From: Candidatus Omnitrophota bacterium
Lineage (GTDB): Bacteria; Omnitrophota; Gorgyraeia; Zapsychrales; Zapsychraceae
Length of the DNA: 54,341 bases
Reading direction: 5' to 3'
Assembly (NCBI GenBank): GCA_015233495.1
Contig: JADFXQ010000007.1
Coordinates: 1-54,341 of the forward strand
A program made the position numbers and the translations under genes. Positions 46,499 through 54,341 of the stretch are shown piece by piece. The stretch's first letter is position 1; each line of letters opens with the position of its first letter. The notes beneath the pieces were generated by a model. It had not been told where the DNA came from. It did not search any database and saw nothing but the letters and a program-made list of their open reading frames with translations.

Positions 46499-47776
46499 TC
46501 ATTTTTTTTTCGCCATCACCCGGACCTTCACCGCCTGAACTTCTTGGGCCACCTGTTGGGGAGTTTTCTCGCCGATCACAATCGATTGCAGGCCGCGATC
46601 CAGCGCCTCGGTAACCAAAGGATGCTCATTATACGGCCAGATCGTCGGATGCGTGGTCTGGTCCATGACCTTGGCAAAATCCGCCAACACCGGCGGGATA
46701 TCCGATAAAGCCGCCCGATTCGCCGGCAGGTTAAGCGTGGCTTGCGATAAAAATGTCTGCTGCTCTTTCGCGGTCAACCATTTTAAAAAAGCGACGGCTT
46801 GTTCTTTGTTCGGAGAATGATTATTCACCACAAACGATGACCCGGCGCCTCCCCATATCTTCATGGGCCGTTCGGAATTGATCACCGGAGGCATCATTAC
46901 CCCGTATGCTAATTTGGGATTCATCTGATTGTAAACATTGACGCACCAATACCCGTTGAAAGCAAAGGCGGCACGCTCCAAAGCGAAAGCCTGCTCAGCG
47001 TCTTTGTTAGTTTTCGTCACAATTCCTTCGGCTAACACGCCGGGCGCGGCCATGGTTTGAAACACCCGGAGCACCTTTAGCCATTCCCCAGAGGTATAAG
47101 CTAATTCACCGCGAAAAGTGGCCATGACTTTTTCTTCGCCCATAATGTTAAAAGCGTAATTAGAGGCAAAACAATCCACCATCCACATCTCCCCCCAACC
47201 GGAAACAAATCCGGTTACACCCACGCGGTGGAGAGCGGCGACATCGGCCATAAACTCATCAAACGTCAGGGGTGGACGCGCAATTCCCGCCTTTTTGAGT
47301 AAATTTTTATTGTAGAGCATCTGGATATTGGTGACGTCGATCGGCACGCCATAAATACCCGGGGGGATTTTGTAAATATTGCCTTGCGGAAAACGATTCA
47401 CATCTAAAGCTTGAGCGAAAAAACTTTTCTCCCAGGCGCCGTTATCTTTTTTAAAATACGGGCTGAGGTCAGCGACAAAACCATTGTCAATGAACGAGGC
47501 GAAAATTTCTTTTTTATCGAGGATCCCGTAAATATCCGGCAACACGCGCGCTTGCGCTGCCGCAATGATCCGTTGGGTGTAAGTGTCCGACGGGGCGTAA
47601 AGTTCCACCTGCACTTTGACGCCGGTTTGCTTCGCATACCGCCGCGCCAATTCCTGCAAAGCCGGGTCGCGATCCGTCATCCAATGCCATAAGGTAATCG
47701 TGTTCAGGGGCTCCCGGGGTTTTCCGCAGCCGCAAAAAATCAACACGCCCAATAAAATTATGACAATTTTTTTCAT
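46499..47776 (-). CDS. Carbohydrate ABC transporter substrate-binding lipoprotein
   Basis: Lipobox FCGC, ITLWHW, YGVP...LYNKNLLKKAGI..PP.TFDEF. Confidence 0.9.
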   Translation of the reverse strand: MKKIVIILLGVLIFCGCGKPREPLNTITLWHWMTDRDPALQELARRYAKQTGVKVQVELYAPSDTYTQRIIAAAQARVLPDIYGILDKKEIFASFIDNGFVADLSPYFKKDNGAWEKSFFAQALDVNRFPQGNIYKIPPGIYGVPIDVTNIQMLYNKNLLKKAGIARPPLTFDEFMADVAALHRVGVTGFVSGWGEMWMVDCFASNYAFNIMGEEKVMATFRGELAYTSGEWLKVLRVFQTMAAPGVLAEGIVTKTNKDAEQAFALERAAFAFNGYWCVNVYNQMNPKLAYGVMMPPVINSERPMKIWGGAGSSFVVNNHSPNKEQAVAFLKWLTAKEQQTFLSQATLNLPANRAALSDIPPVLADFAKVMDQTTHPTIWPYNEHPLVTEALDRGLQSIVIGEKTPQQVAQEVQAVKVRVMAKKK

Positions 47777-47930
47777 TTGTCCAAAAATTGAGAAAGACGG
47801 TCACGCCCCTTGAACCGCTGCCGCTAAAAAACCGCTCATTTTGAGATCCGCTAAAAATGAAGGGGTACTATATCACTCCAAAAAACAAATGTCAAAAAAG
47901 AGTTTTACGTAACAGGTTATGCAGCGTTAA

Positions 47931-48296
47931 CTAATTCGCGGGCAAATCATGGGGAGAGGGATGGGTCACTTCAAACAGACGGGACAGCCGCGTCAGCTGC
48001 GGTTCCGGAAACTGCATACCAACGTCCCAATTTTTCTCATTCAGCGAATGTTTCCACACCACCCTGCCGCGCAACACTAAAGACGGTTTTCCATCAGGCA
48101 ATTCCACTTCTACGATCACGTGATCATCTAAAAATAATGTTTCCGTGGTAGACAAACGCGCCCCCTGGGCTGAGGCGTCGCGCAAAACAACCTCCTCGCC
48201 AAAATCGCTACGGCTGTCTTTGAATTTCGCCGGAAAACGCGCGATAAAACGTTGAAATAGACGCCGCTCGTCTACAGAAGCAAATCTCGGCTGCAT
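47931..48296 (-). CDS. PilZ domain protein
   Basis: ERRLFQR (RxxxR), DASAQG (DxSxxG), LRGRVVW, VGMQF. Confidence 0.85.
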   Translation of the reverse strand: MQPRFASVDERRLFQRFIARFPAKFKDSRSDFGEEVVLRDASAQGARLSTTETLFLDDHVIVEVELPDGKPSLVLRGRVVWKHSLNEKNWDVGMQFPEPQLTRLSRLFEVTHPSPHDLPAN

Positions 48297-48297
48297 A

Positions 48298-48618
48298 TTA
48301 TACCCTATCGCGAAAATACTGATCGATCCGGGATTTGGAACCGCGTAAAATGCTTTCGAATTCCATGCCAACGCGATAACCGCCCACCGGTTCCGGTCGC
48401 ACCCATTTTACCCGTCCGATGACAAAAACCGGATTTCCCTGTTCTTCCAAATCCAATTCCACCGCGATTTTGTGATTCAGCGGAATCGGCTGCTGCGAAA
48501 CAAACCCTAAGCCTCCCCGACTAAAATCAACGGTTTGGGTCTGATCAAAAACCCCGGCGGCCTGACCTTCTACCGGAACAGCGCAAACCAGCCGCGGACA
48601 TTTTCTCTGATTCTTCAT
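48298..48618 (-). CDS. PilZ domain protein
   Basis: QRKCPR, DFSRGG, GRVKW, VGMEF. Confidence 0.88.
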   Translation of the reverse strand: MKNQRKCPRLVCAVPVEGQAAGVFDQTQTVDFSRGGLGFVSQQPIPLNHKIAVELDLEEQGNPVFVIGRVKWVRPEPVGGYRVGMEFESILRGSKSRIDQYFRDRV

Positions 48619-48881
48619 AAGTTGAGCGCTTTCTCTTAGATGAAATCTTTATTATGATAATACCACTTGGGGATTGATTTTCAATCGGAACACTCAAAGA
48701 AAACGTTTTCCCGGTTGAAATATAATCTATTTTCAGCGAAAATGCAAATTGATAACGATAATATTTTTTTCCTGGAGTTGTTCCGGCGGTATCCCGACGC
48801 GCCAAAACGCCGCGATACCTAGGGGCAGACCTAAGAAAAAGTTCATTTGAATTTTGAATGGGTAAGTAAGGCTAAAAAGGA

Positions 48882-49589
48882 ATGTTTATGTGGGTCGTTG
48901 ACATTGTTGTCTTATGCAGCCTCGGGTATTTTTTTTATCAAGGTTATACGCAAGGCATTTTGCGCGTGCTGATCCAGCCGCTTGCCTTAATCTGCGGTCT
49001 GGCGTTTGGCTGGTATTCGTACGCGATCAATCATAATATTCTGCGCGCCCTGCTTTATTGCTTCAGCGTCACAATCCTATTGCGCTGGATAGCCTCGCTT
49101 ATCCTCAAAATCCTGAATGACCACCCGCAAGCCCCCAAACCCTCCGCGTTCAGCGCGGGGAGCGCCGCTGCCGTCAGTGTGCTTTGGGGGGCATTTCTCG
49201 TCGGACAATGTGTGGTGTTATTAGGAATTTTCCCGCTGAAAATCGGCCCGCTCAAAACAATATCCGAAAACGCGCGCTCCTCGATAACCTTCCGCGCGCT
49301 CAGCCGGCTGATCCCCGGTATCGACCTGCTTAAAAACGTGAATTCCGAAAAAACGCAATCCACTTTGCGCGACCCCGCGCCCAACGCGGCGTTTAAAAAA
49401 TGGCCGGAATATCAAAACCTGATCGAAGACGAAGCCTTACAAAAAATATTTTCGGACGAGGAGTTTAACCGTTTGCTGCAGGAAAAGAATATCCCGGCTT
49501 TGTTGAACCACCCCAAATTTCAGGAGCTGCTGCAAAATAAAGCTTTGCTGGAAAAATTTTTCAAATTTCAAAAGCGGATGAACGAATAA
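48882..49589 (+). CDS. cvpA: CvpA family membrane protein
   Basis: VDIVV....FYQGYTQGILR, four TM segments, soluble C-terminal tail. Confidence 0.65.
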   Translation: MFMWVVDIVVLCSLGYFFYQGYTQGILRVLIQPLALICGLAFGWYSYAINHNILRALLYCFSVTILLRWIASLILKILNDHPQAPKPSAFSAGSAAAVSVLWGAFLVGQCVVLLGIFPLKIGPLKTISENARSSITFRALSRLIPGIDLLKNVNSEKTQSTLRDPAPNAAFKKWPEYQNLIEDEALQKIFSDEEFNRLLQEKNIPALLNHPKFQELLQNKALLEKFFKFQKRMNE

Positions 49590-49590
49590 T

Positions 49591-50985
49591 TTACTTGCCG
49601 ACGCAAAATTTTGTGAAAATCGCTTCCACCAGATCCGCGTCTACGCTGCGTCCCGTGACATTGTCTAACGCGTTAACCGCGGTTTTAATCTGTTCCGCGA
49701 CGAATTCCGGCGATAAATTTTGCTGGACCGCCTCCAAGGCCTCCTGGGCTTGACGCAACGACGCGACGTGTCGTAAGTTGGTAACCAGAACCTCGCCCGC
49801 CGCGAGCGGCGTACCCTGATCAACTAATCCCAATATGCGCTGTTCCAGATTTTCTAGGCCCTCGCCAGTAAGCGCGGAGATTTGAACTGCCGGCTTTCCC
49901 GCGGCGCGCTGTGTCATTTGCCGAATAGTCTCCGGACGGCCGCGGTCGCATTTATTCAACACCACCAAACCCGGCCGCGCCCCCGCCGCAGCATACAATT
50001 CAAAATCTTCCGGAGTCAAAGGTTCGCTTGCGTCGATTAAAAACAAAATCAGATCCGCGGCCGCTATAGCCGCGCGGCTGCGGCGCACCGCCTCTTCCTC
50101 AATAGAGTCGCGGCCTGCCAAAAGGCCCGCGGTGTCAATCAACCGAAACAAAACGCCGTCGATCTGGATCGATTCTTCAATCGTGTCCCGGGTCGTGCCC
50201 GCGACGTGAGAAACAATCGCCCGGTCTTGACGCAGCAGCAGGTTCAACAAAGAAGATTTGCCGACATTCGGCCGGCCGCATAAAACCGCGGTCACGCCGT
50301 CGCGCCATAATTTTCCCTGGTCCGCCGAGGCCAAAAGTTTAGCGATGGCTGCCCGCGCCTGATCAAGGCGCGGCCATCCCGGGTCAGCGGTGGCCGCTGG
50401 CGGATCATCATCGGGAAAATTCAAACGCGCTTCCAGTTCAACATAAACCGCCATCAGACATTCGCGAATATTTTCCAGCTCGACGGACAAATCGCCTTTG
50501 AGCTGATTCTGGCTGACCCTTAAAAAATTATCCGAGCGCGAATGAATTATATCCAACACCGCTTCCGCTTGCGCCAAATCAATCCGGCCGTTTAAAAAAG
50601 CGCGCTTGGTGAATTCTCCCGGTTCCGCCAGACGAGCCCCGTTACTCACCGCTAAATCCAGGACCGCGCGCAAAACCATAGTCCCGCCGTGACAACTGAT
50701 CTCGACGACATCTTCCCGGGTATAACTTTTCGGGCCGGCCATCACCACGCACAAAGCCTCATCCACGGTTGCAATATTTCCCGCGTTATCCTGACGAAAA
50801 ACCTGGCCATAATGCGCGGTAAACGGCGCGAAAGACGATGGCTTGCCGCCGTGCTTACCCGCGAAAATCCGGTCAGCAACTGCGAAGGCCCGCGGCCCGC
50901 TCAGCCGCACTATCCCCAAACCGCCCACCCCCGCCGGCGTGGCGATTGCCGCAATCGTGTCTTCCCTTGCATTATATTGCCCCAT
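49591..50985 (-). CDS. mnmE: tRNA modification GTPase MnmE/TrmE
   Basis: DTIAAIATP, GEFTKRAFLNGR, GRPNVGKSSL, GTTRD, DTAG, FCVGK. Confidence 0.97.
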   Translation of the reverse strand: MGQYNAREDTIAAIATPAGVGGLGIVRLSGPRAFAVADRIFAGKHGGKPSSFAPFTAHYGQVFRQDNAGNIATVDEALCVVMAGPKSYTREDVVEISCHGGTMVLRAVLDLAVSNGARLAEPGEFTKRAFLNGRIDLAQAEAVLDIIHSRSDNFLRVSQNQLKGDLSVELENIRECLMAVYVELEARLNFPDDDPPAATADPGWPRLDQARAAIAKLLASADQGKLWRDGVTAVLCGRPNVGKSSLLNLLLRQDRAIVSHVAGTTRDTIEESIQIDGVLFRLIDTAGLLAGRDSIEEEAVRRSRAAIAAADLILFLIDASEPLTPEDFELYAAAGARPGLVVLNKCDRGRPETIRQMTQRAAGKPAVQISALTGEGLENLEQRILGLVDQGTPLAAGEVLVTNLRHVASLRQAQEALEAVQQNLSPEFVAEQIKTAVNALDNVTGRSVDADLVEAIFTKFCVGK

Positions 50986-51003
50986 GATTAATCCTCGAAT
51001 TAC

Positions 51004-51076
51004 GGGGACACGCGCTTAATTCGGCGATATCCATATTGAAATATCGCGTCTTTTCGCCGAATTAAATGCCTGCCCC
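51004..51076. repeat. Inverted-repeat element GGGGACAC..CTTAATTCGGCGA; contains the folC stop
   Basis: 12-bp perfect core TTAATTCGGCGA / TCGCCGAATTAA with GGGG/CCCC ends. Confidence 0.7.
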
Positions 51077-52474
51077 CAACCCGCTTGCTCTGGCTTCCGC
51101 CACCACAAACACCGAACCGGTTACCAAAATATACTTCGGGCTGTCGCGCCGCGCCTCATCCAGAGCGTCGGCTACGCCGGCGGTCAAAATAACCGGCCGG
51201 TCGCTGAAATAGCTTGCTAATGCCGGCAGGTTGAAGGCGCGCGCCCGGGGGTGCCTTGACTTGGTCGCGACAATTTTTTCCGCGATGGGATCCATGACCC
51301 GGCAAAACGCGGCGCTATCTTTATCCGCGGATAATCCGATGACCAGCGTGGCTTTTGCTCCCGGAAAAAGCGCCGAAAAAGTTTCCGCCAAAACCCGCGC
51401 GGAATCCGCGTTATGCGCGGCATCCAAAATCACATAAGGGTCCCGGCTGAATATTTCAAAACGGCCCGGCCATTTGGTCTTAAGCAAACCCGACCGGATA
51501 TGCTCCGGAGCAACGGAAAAACCCTGACGGTTTAAAGCCTCAACCGCGCCAATGGCAGCAGCCGCATTGTCCATTTGATGTTTTCCGATCAAGGATAATT
51601 CCAGCGCCTCGTAAAAAGCATCCGCGCTGCGCAAACTAAACCGCGTCACCTCCGTCGACAAATCCAAAAGCTGCCGTTGAAACAAGGCAGTGTCAACCCA
51701 CTTTTTTCCCCAGCGGAGGCAGCGCTCAATCAAAACTTCCCGCGCCGCGTCCGGCTGAGAGCCGATGACAACTTCACCGGCGCCTGGCTTAATGATCCCC
51801 GCTTTTTCCCCCGCGATCGCCGCAACTGTTTCCCCCAAAATAGCCGTATGTTCCAAACTAATTGGCGTTACCACGCTTACCAAAGCGTCCGCCGCATTCG
51901 TCGCGTCCAAACGCCCGCCCAAACCCGTTTCCAAAACTACCAGATCGACTTGCTGCTGCACAAAATAAACAAACGCCGCGGCTGTCATTACTTCAAAAAA
52001 AGTAAAACTTAATCCTTTTTTTGCCAAACCGTCCCCGGCGGATTTTACCAAAGTCATCACCCGGGCAAAATCCTCACGCCGGATCATATCCGGAAACAAA
52101 TCCGCGGCGTAGACTCCGTGGCCTGACACAGCCGTTGTAAGGGCTTCCCTCATGGGCGCCGGTTGCTCTAAAGCGGCCGCATAACGGGCGCCCACAAGCC
52201 TGATTCTCTCCCTCACATCAAACATATGCGGCGACGTATACAGCCCCACGCGATACCCCGCAGCGCCGCCGATAGCGGCGAGCATCGCGCAAACCGATCC
52301 TTTGCCTTTTGACCCGGCGACATGAACACAGCGTAACGTTTTTTGCGGATCGCCAAGAGCTGACAACAAACGCTCTACCCGGGACAAATCAAAATCGTTC
52401 ACGCGTACCTGATGTAAAAATTTTTCGAAATTGGCTAGGGAATCAATATAGGATACGGTTTCAGGAAAGGTCAT
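51062..52474 (-). CDS. folC: Folylpolyglutamate/dihydrofolate synthase (start revised to ATG 52474)
   Basis: HVAGSKGKGS, GLYTSPH, LETGLGGRLDATN, WPGRFE, LDAAHN, TGS. Confidence 0.95.
   Translation of the reverse strand: MTFPETVSYIDSLANFEKFLHQVRVNDFDLSRVERLLSALGDPQKTLRCVHVAGSKGKGSVCAMLAAIGGAAGYRVGLYTSPHMFDVRERIRLVGARYAAALEQPAPMREALTTAVSGHGVYAADLFPDMIRREDFARVMTLVKSAGDGLAKKGLSFTFFEVMTAAAFVYFVQQQVDLVVLETGLGGRLDATNAADALVSVVTPISLEHTAILGETVAAIAGEKAGIIKPGAGEVVIGSQPDAAREVLIERCLRWGKKWVDTALFQRQLLDLSTEVTRFSLRSADAFYEALELSLIGKHQMDNAAAAIGAVEALNRQGFSVAPEHIRSGLLKTKWPGRFEIFSRDPYVILDAAHNADSARVLAETFSALFPGAKATLVIGLSADKDSAAFCRVMDPIAEKIVATKSRHPRARAFNLPALASYFSDRPVILTAGVADALDEARRDSPKYILVTGSVFVVAEARASGLGAGI
52137..52198. 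repeat. Degenerate REPIN within the folC coding sequence
   Basis: 62 nt align without gaps to 28909-28970 (46/62 by hand count). Confidence 0.8.
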
Positions 52475-52476
52475 AT

Positions 52477-52631
52477 AGGACACCAGGACACCAAACACAA
52501 GACACAAGTATTCTGTTTGAACGCTGTATTTGAAAATGAAAAATCAGGCAAACATTACAAAATGTTTCAAATACCTAAACGACATGACTTGTGTCCTGTG
52601 TCTTGTGTCTTGTGTCCGTATCTTGTGTCTT
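52477..52631. repeat. Inverted heptamer array (AAGACAC)n...(GTGTCTT)n between folC and purH
   Basis: About four units on the left, six complementary units on the right, and an internal GTATTTGAAA / TTTCAAATAC pairing. Confidence 0.8.
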
Positions 52632-54188
52632 TCAATGCTTAAAATGTCGAACGCCCGTCATCACCATCACCAGCCCCGCCTTGTCCGCCGCCTTAATAAC
52701 ATTCTCGTCTTCAATGGATCCGCCGGTTTGAATCACGGCTTTGATCCCGGCTTTCACGGCTAAGGTGATATTATCGATCTTGGGTATAAAGGCGTCGGAA
52801 ACCAACACCGCTCCGCGGGCGGATTTGCCAGCCTTCTCAATCGCGATTTTTACGCTTTCCACCCGGCTGGTTTGCCCGCATCCGATGCCGATGGTTTGCG
52901 TGCCTTTTACCAAAACTATCGCGTTAGATTTAACGTGTTTTACCAGGGACCAGCCAAACAGCATGGCCTTGATCTGGAATTCAGTCGGCTTTTTTTTCGA
53001 CACGACCTGCAGTTCGTTTTCCGATAAAACCCGTTCATCCCGCTCCTGCAAAAGCAATCCGCCGTGTACCCGTTTAAAATCATATCCGCCTTGTTTGACC
53101 AAGGCTAAATCCAATTCCAGTAAACGGATATTTTTTTTCTGAGTTAAAATCTCCAGACCCCGCGGATCATATCCCGGCGCGATCACGCATTCCACGAAAC
53201 CGGCTTTACTAATGCCCTGGGCGGTTGCCTCGTCTACCACGCGGTTAAGCCCGATAATTCCGCCAAACGCTGAAATCGGATCCGCTTTCCAAGCCGCTTT
53301 AAACGCCTTGCACAAGAAGGAATCCATCGCGACGCCCGTCGGATTATTATGTTTGATCACGACAGCCGCCGGTTGCGGCAAACCGCTGAGAAAATCCACG
53401 GCCGCGTTCAGATCAAGAATATTGTTAAAGGAAAGCTCTTTACCGTGCAATTGGCGCATCCGCGCCAACCCGGTTTCATCACCGGCCTCGCGGAAAAACG
53501 CGGCTTTTTGATGCGGATTCTCGCCGTATCGCAAGTCCTGCAGCTTGGTGTATTGCGGCAGATAATCGCGCGGCAAGCCCATCAGATCATCCGCCTGCAA
53601 TTTCCGGCTGAGATATTCCGCGATAATCGAATCATAGCGCGCGGTATGCCGAAACGCTTCGACACTCAACCCGAACAAAACCCGGTCCGGTAAAATCCCG
53701 GTGTTTTGTTTCAGCTCGCCAAGAATTTCGTCATACCGCGCTGGATTGCACAGCACTGCCACACTGCGATAATTTTTCGCGGCGGAACGCAGCATCGACG
53801 GCCCGCCGATATCGATATTTTCAATTGCCTCATTCAGAGTGACATTTTTCTTTTTCGTCACGCTCTCAAACGGATAAAGATTCACCACGACCATATCAAT
53901 CAGCCCAATGCCGTGTTTGGCAATCTGGGCCATATGCTCTTCTTTATCGCGCAAAGCCAACAGTCCGCCATGAATCTTCGGGTGCAAGGTTTTCACGCGG
54001 CCATCGAGCATCTCCGGAAAACCGGTGTAATCACCGACCTCAATTACGGACAGTCCGGATTCCCGCAATTGCTGAGCCGTCCCGCCGGTCGATACGATCT
54101 CCACGCCCAAAGCATTCAATCCCTGCGCAAAGGCAACAATGCCTTTTTTATCGGAAACGCTGATGAGGACTCTTTTGACTTTAATCAT
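52632..54188 (-). CDS. purH: Bifunctional AICAR transformylase/IMP cyclohydrolase
   Basis: LISVSDK, GRVKTLHP, ENIDIGGP, LRYGENPHQ, KHNNP, GVRHFKH. Confidence 0.98.
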   Translation of the reverse strand: MIKVKRVLISVSDKKGIVAFAQGLNALGVEIVSTGGTAQQLRESGLSVIEVGDYTGFPEMLDGRVKTLHPKIHGGLLALRDKEEHMAQIAKHGIGLIDMVVVNLYPFESVTKKKNVTLNEAIENIDIGGPSMLRSAAKNYRSVAVLCNPARYDEILGELKQNTGILPDRVLFGLSVEAFRHTARYDSIIAEYLSRKLQADDLMGLPRDYLPQYTKLQDLRYGENPHQKAAFFREAGDETGLARMRQLHGKELSFNNILDLNAAVDFLSGLPQPAAVVIKHNNPTGVAMDSFLCKAFKAAWKADPISAFGGIIGLNRVVDEATAQGISKAGFVECVIAPGYDPRGLEILTQKKNIRLLELDLALVKQGGYDFKRVHGGLLLQERDERVLSENELQVVSKKKPTEFQIKAMLFGWSLVKHVKSNAIVLVKGTQTIGIGCGQTSRVESVKIAIEKAGKSARGAVLVSDAFIPKIDNITLAVKAGIKAVIQTGGSIEDENVIKAADKAGLVMVMTGVRHFKH

Positions 54189-54341
54189 TAAAATACCTTC
54201 TTCATCTTATGCCGCTTGCGTTCCGACGGCTTGGCGTGAAAACGACGCTCTTTCAGCTCCATCATAAACCCGTCTTTTTGACAGGCTTTTTTAAACAGAC
54301 GCATCGCCTTTTCAAAATTCATGGTGTCCGACACCTTAACT
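54188..54341 (-). CDS. rpsU: 30S ribosomal protein S21, 5'-partial at the window edge
   Basis: VKVSDTMNFEKAMRLFKKACQKDG...ELKERRFHAKPSERKR; stop overlaps the purH ATG (TAATG). Absent from the ORF track. Confidence 0.9.
   Translation of the reverse strand, partial: VKVSDTMNFEKAMRLFKKACQKDGFMMELKERRFHAKPSERKRHKMKKVF

Noticed and set aside
48819-48833. CTAGGGGCAGACCT as another REP copy
   Set aside because: Only a partial match, with no partner arm.
1-54341. CRISPR array, tRNA/rRNA genes, integrase, transposase, reverse transcriptase
   Set aside because: No regularly spaced direct repeats, RNA gene signatures or matching protein motifs were seen by eye.

Overview
Bacterial chromosomal segment, most likely Candidatus Omnitrophota (PVC superphylum); this is inferred from gene order and protein families, not tested. 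The backbone is mostly minus-strand housekeeping genes: secA, prfB with its +1 frameshift, uvrC, murJ, rpsT, holA, lptE, bamD, comEC, leuS, thiSGH/F, mnmG, mnmE, folC, purH and a partial rpsU. Accessory content comprises (i) a 2939-aa, probably Sec-exported SpvB/FG-GAP/YD-Rhs protein with 11 FN3 domains inserted into the Rhs shell, whose 3' end collides with a fragment of an H+/Na+-pyrophosphatase gene at the window start; (ii) three type II toxin-antitoxin modules; (iii) a 902-aa secreted protein that looks like conserved N and C modules around a cargo bounded by SSP motifs; (iv) a ~12.5-kb glycan cluster (ABC transporter, clan GH-A hydrolase, repeated helical domain, CBM-like lipoprotein, LacI, GPH symporter, divergent GT-A-like gene). 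The most striking unannotated layer is a set of palindromic elements. A GTAG-type REPIN sits in-frame inside two proteins, including folC, and its copies supply stop codons to leuS and uvrC. There are also two 210-270 bp nested hairpins, a GG(G/T)GAC inverted-repeat family and inverted heptamer arrays. All calls come from reading the sequence and remembered motifs; no database searches were run.
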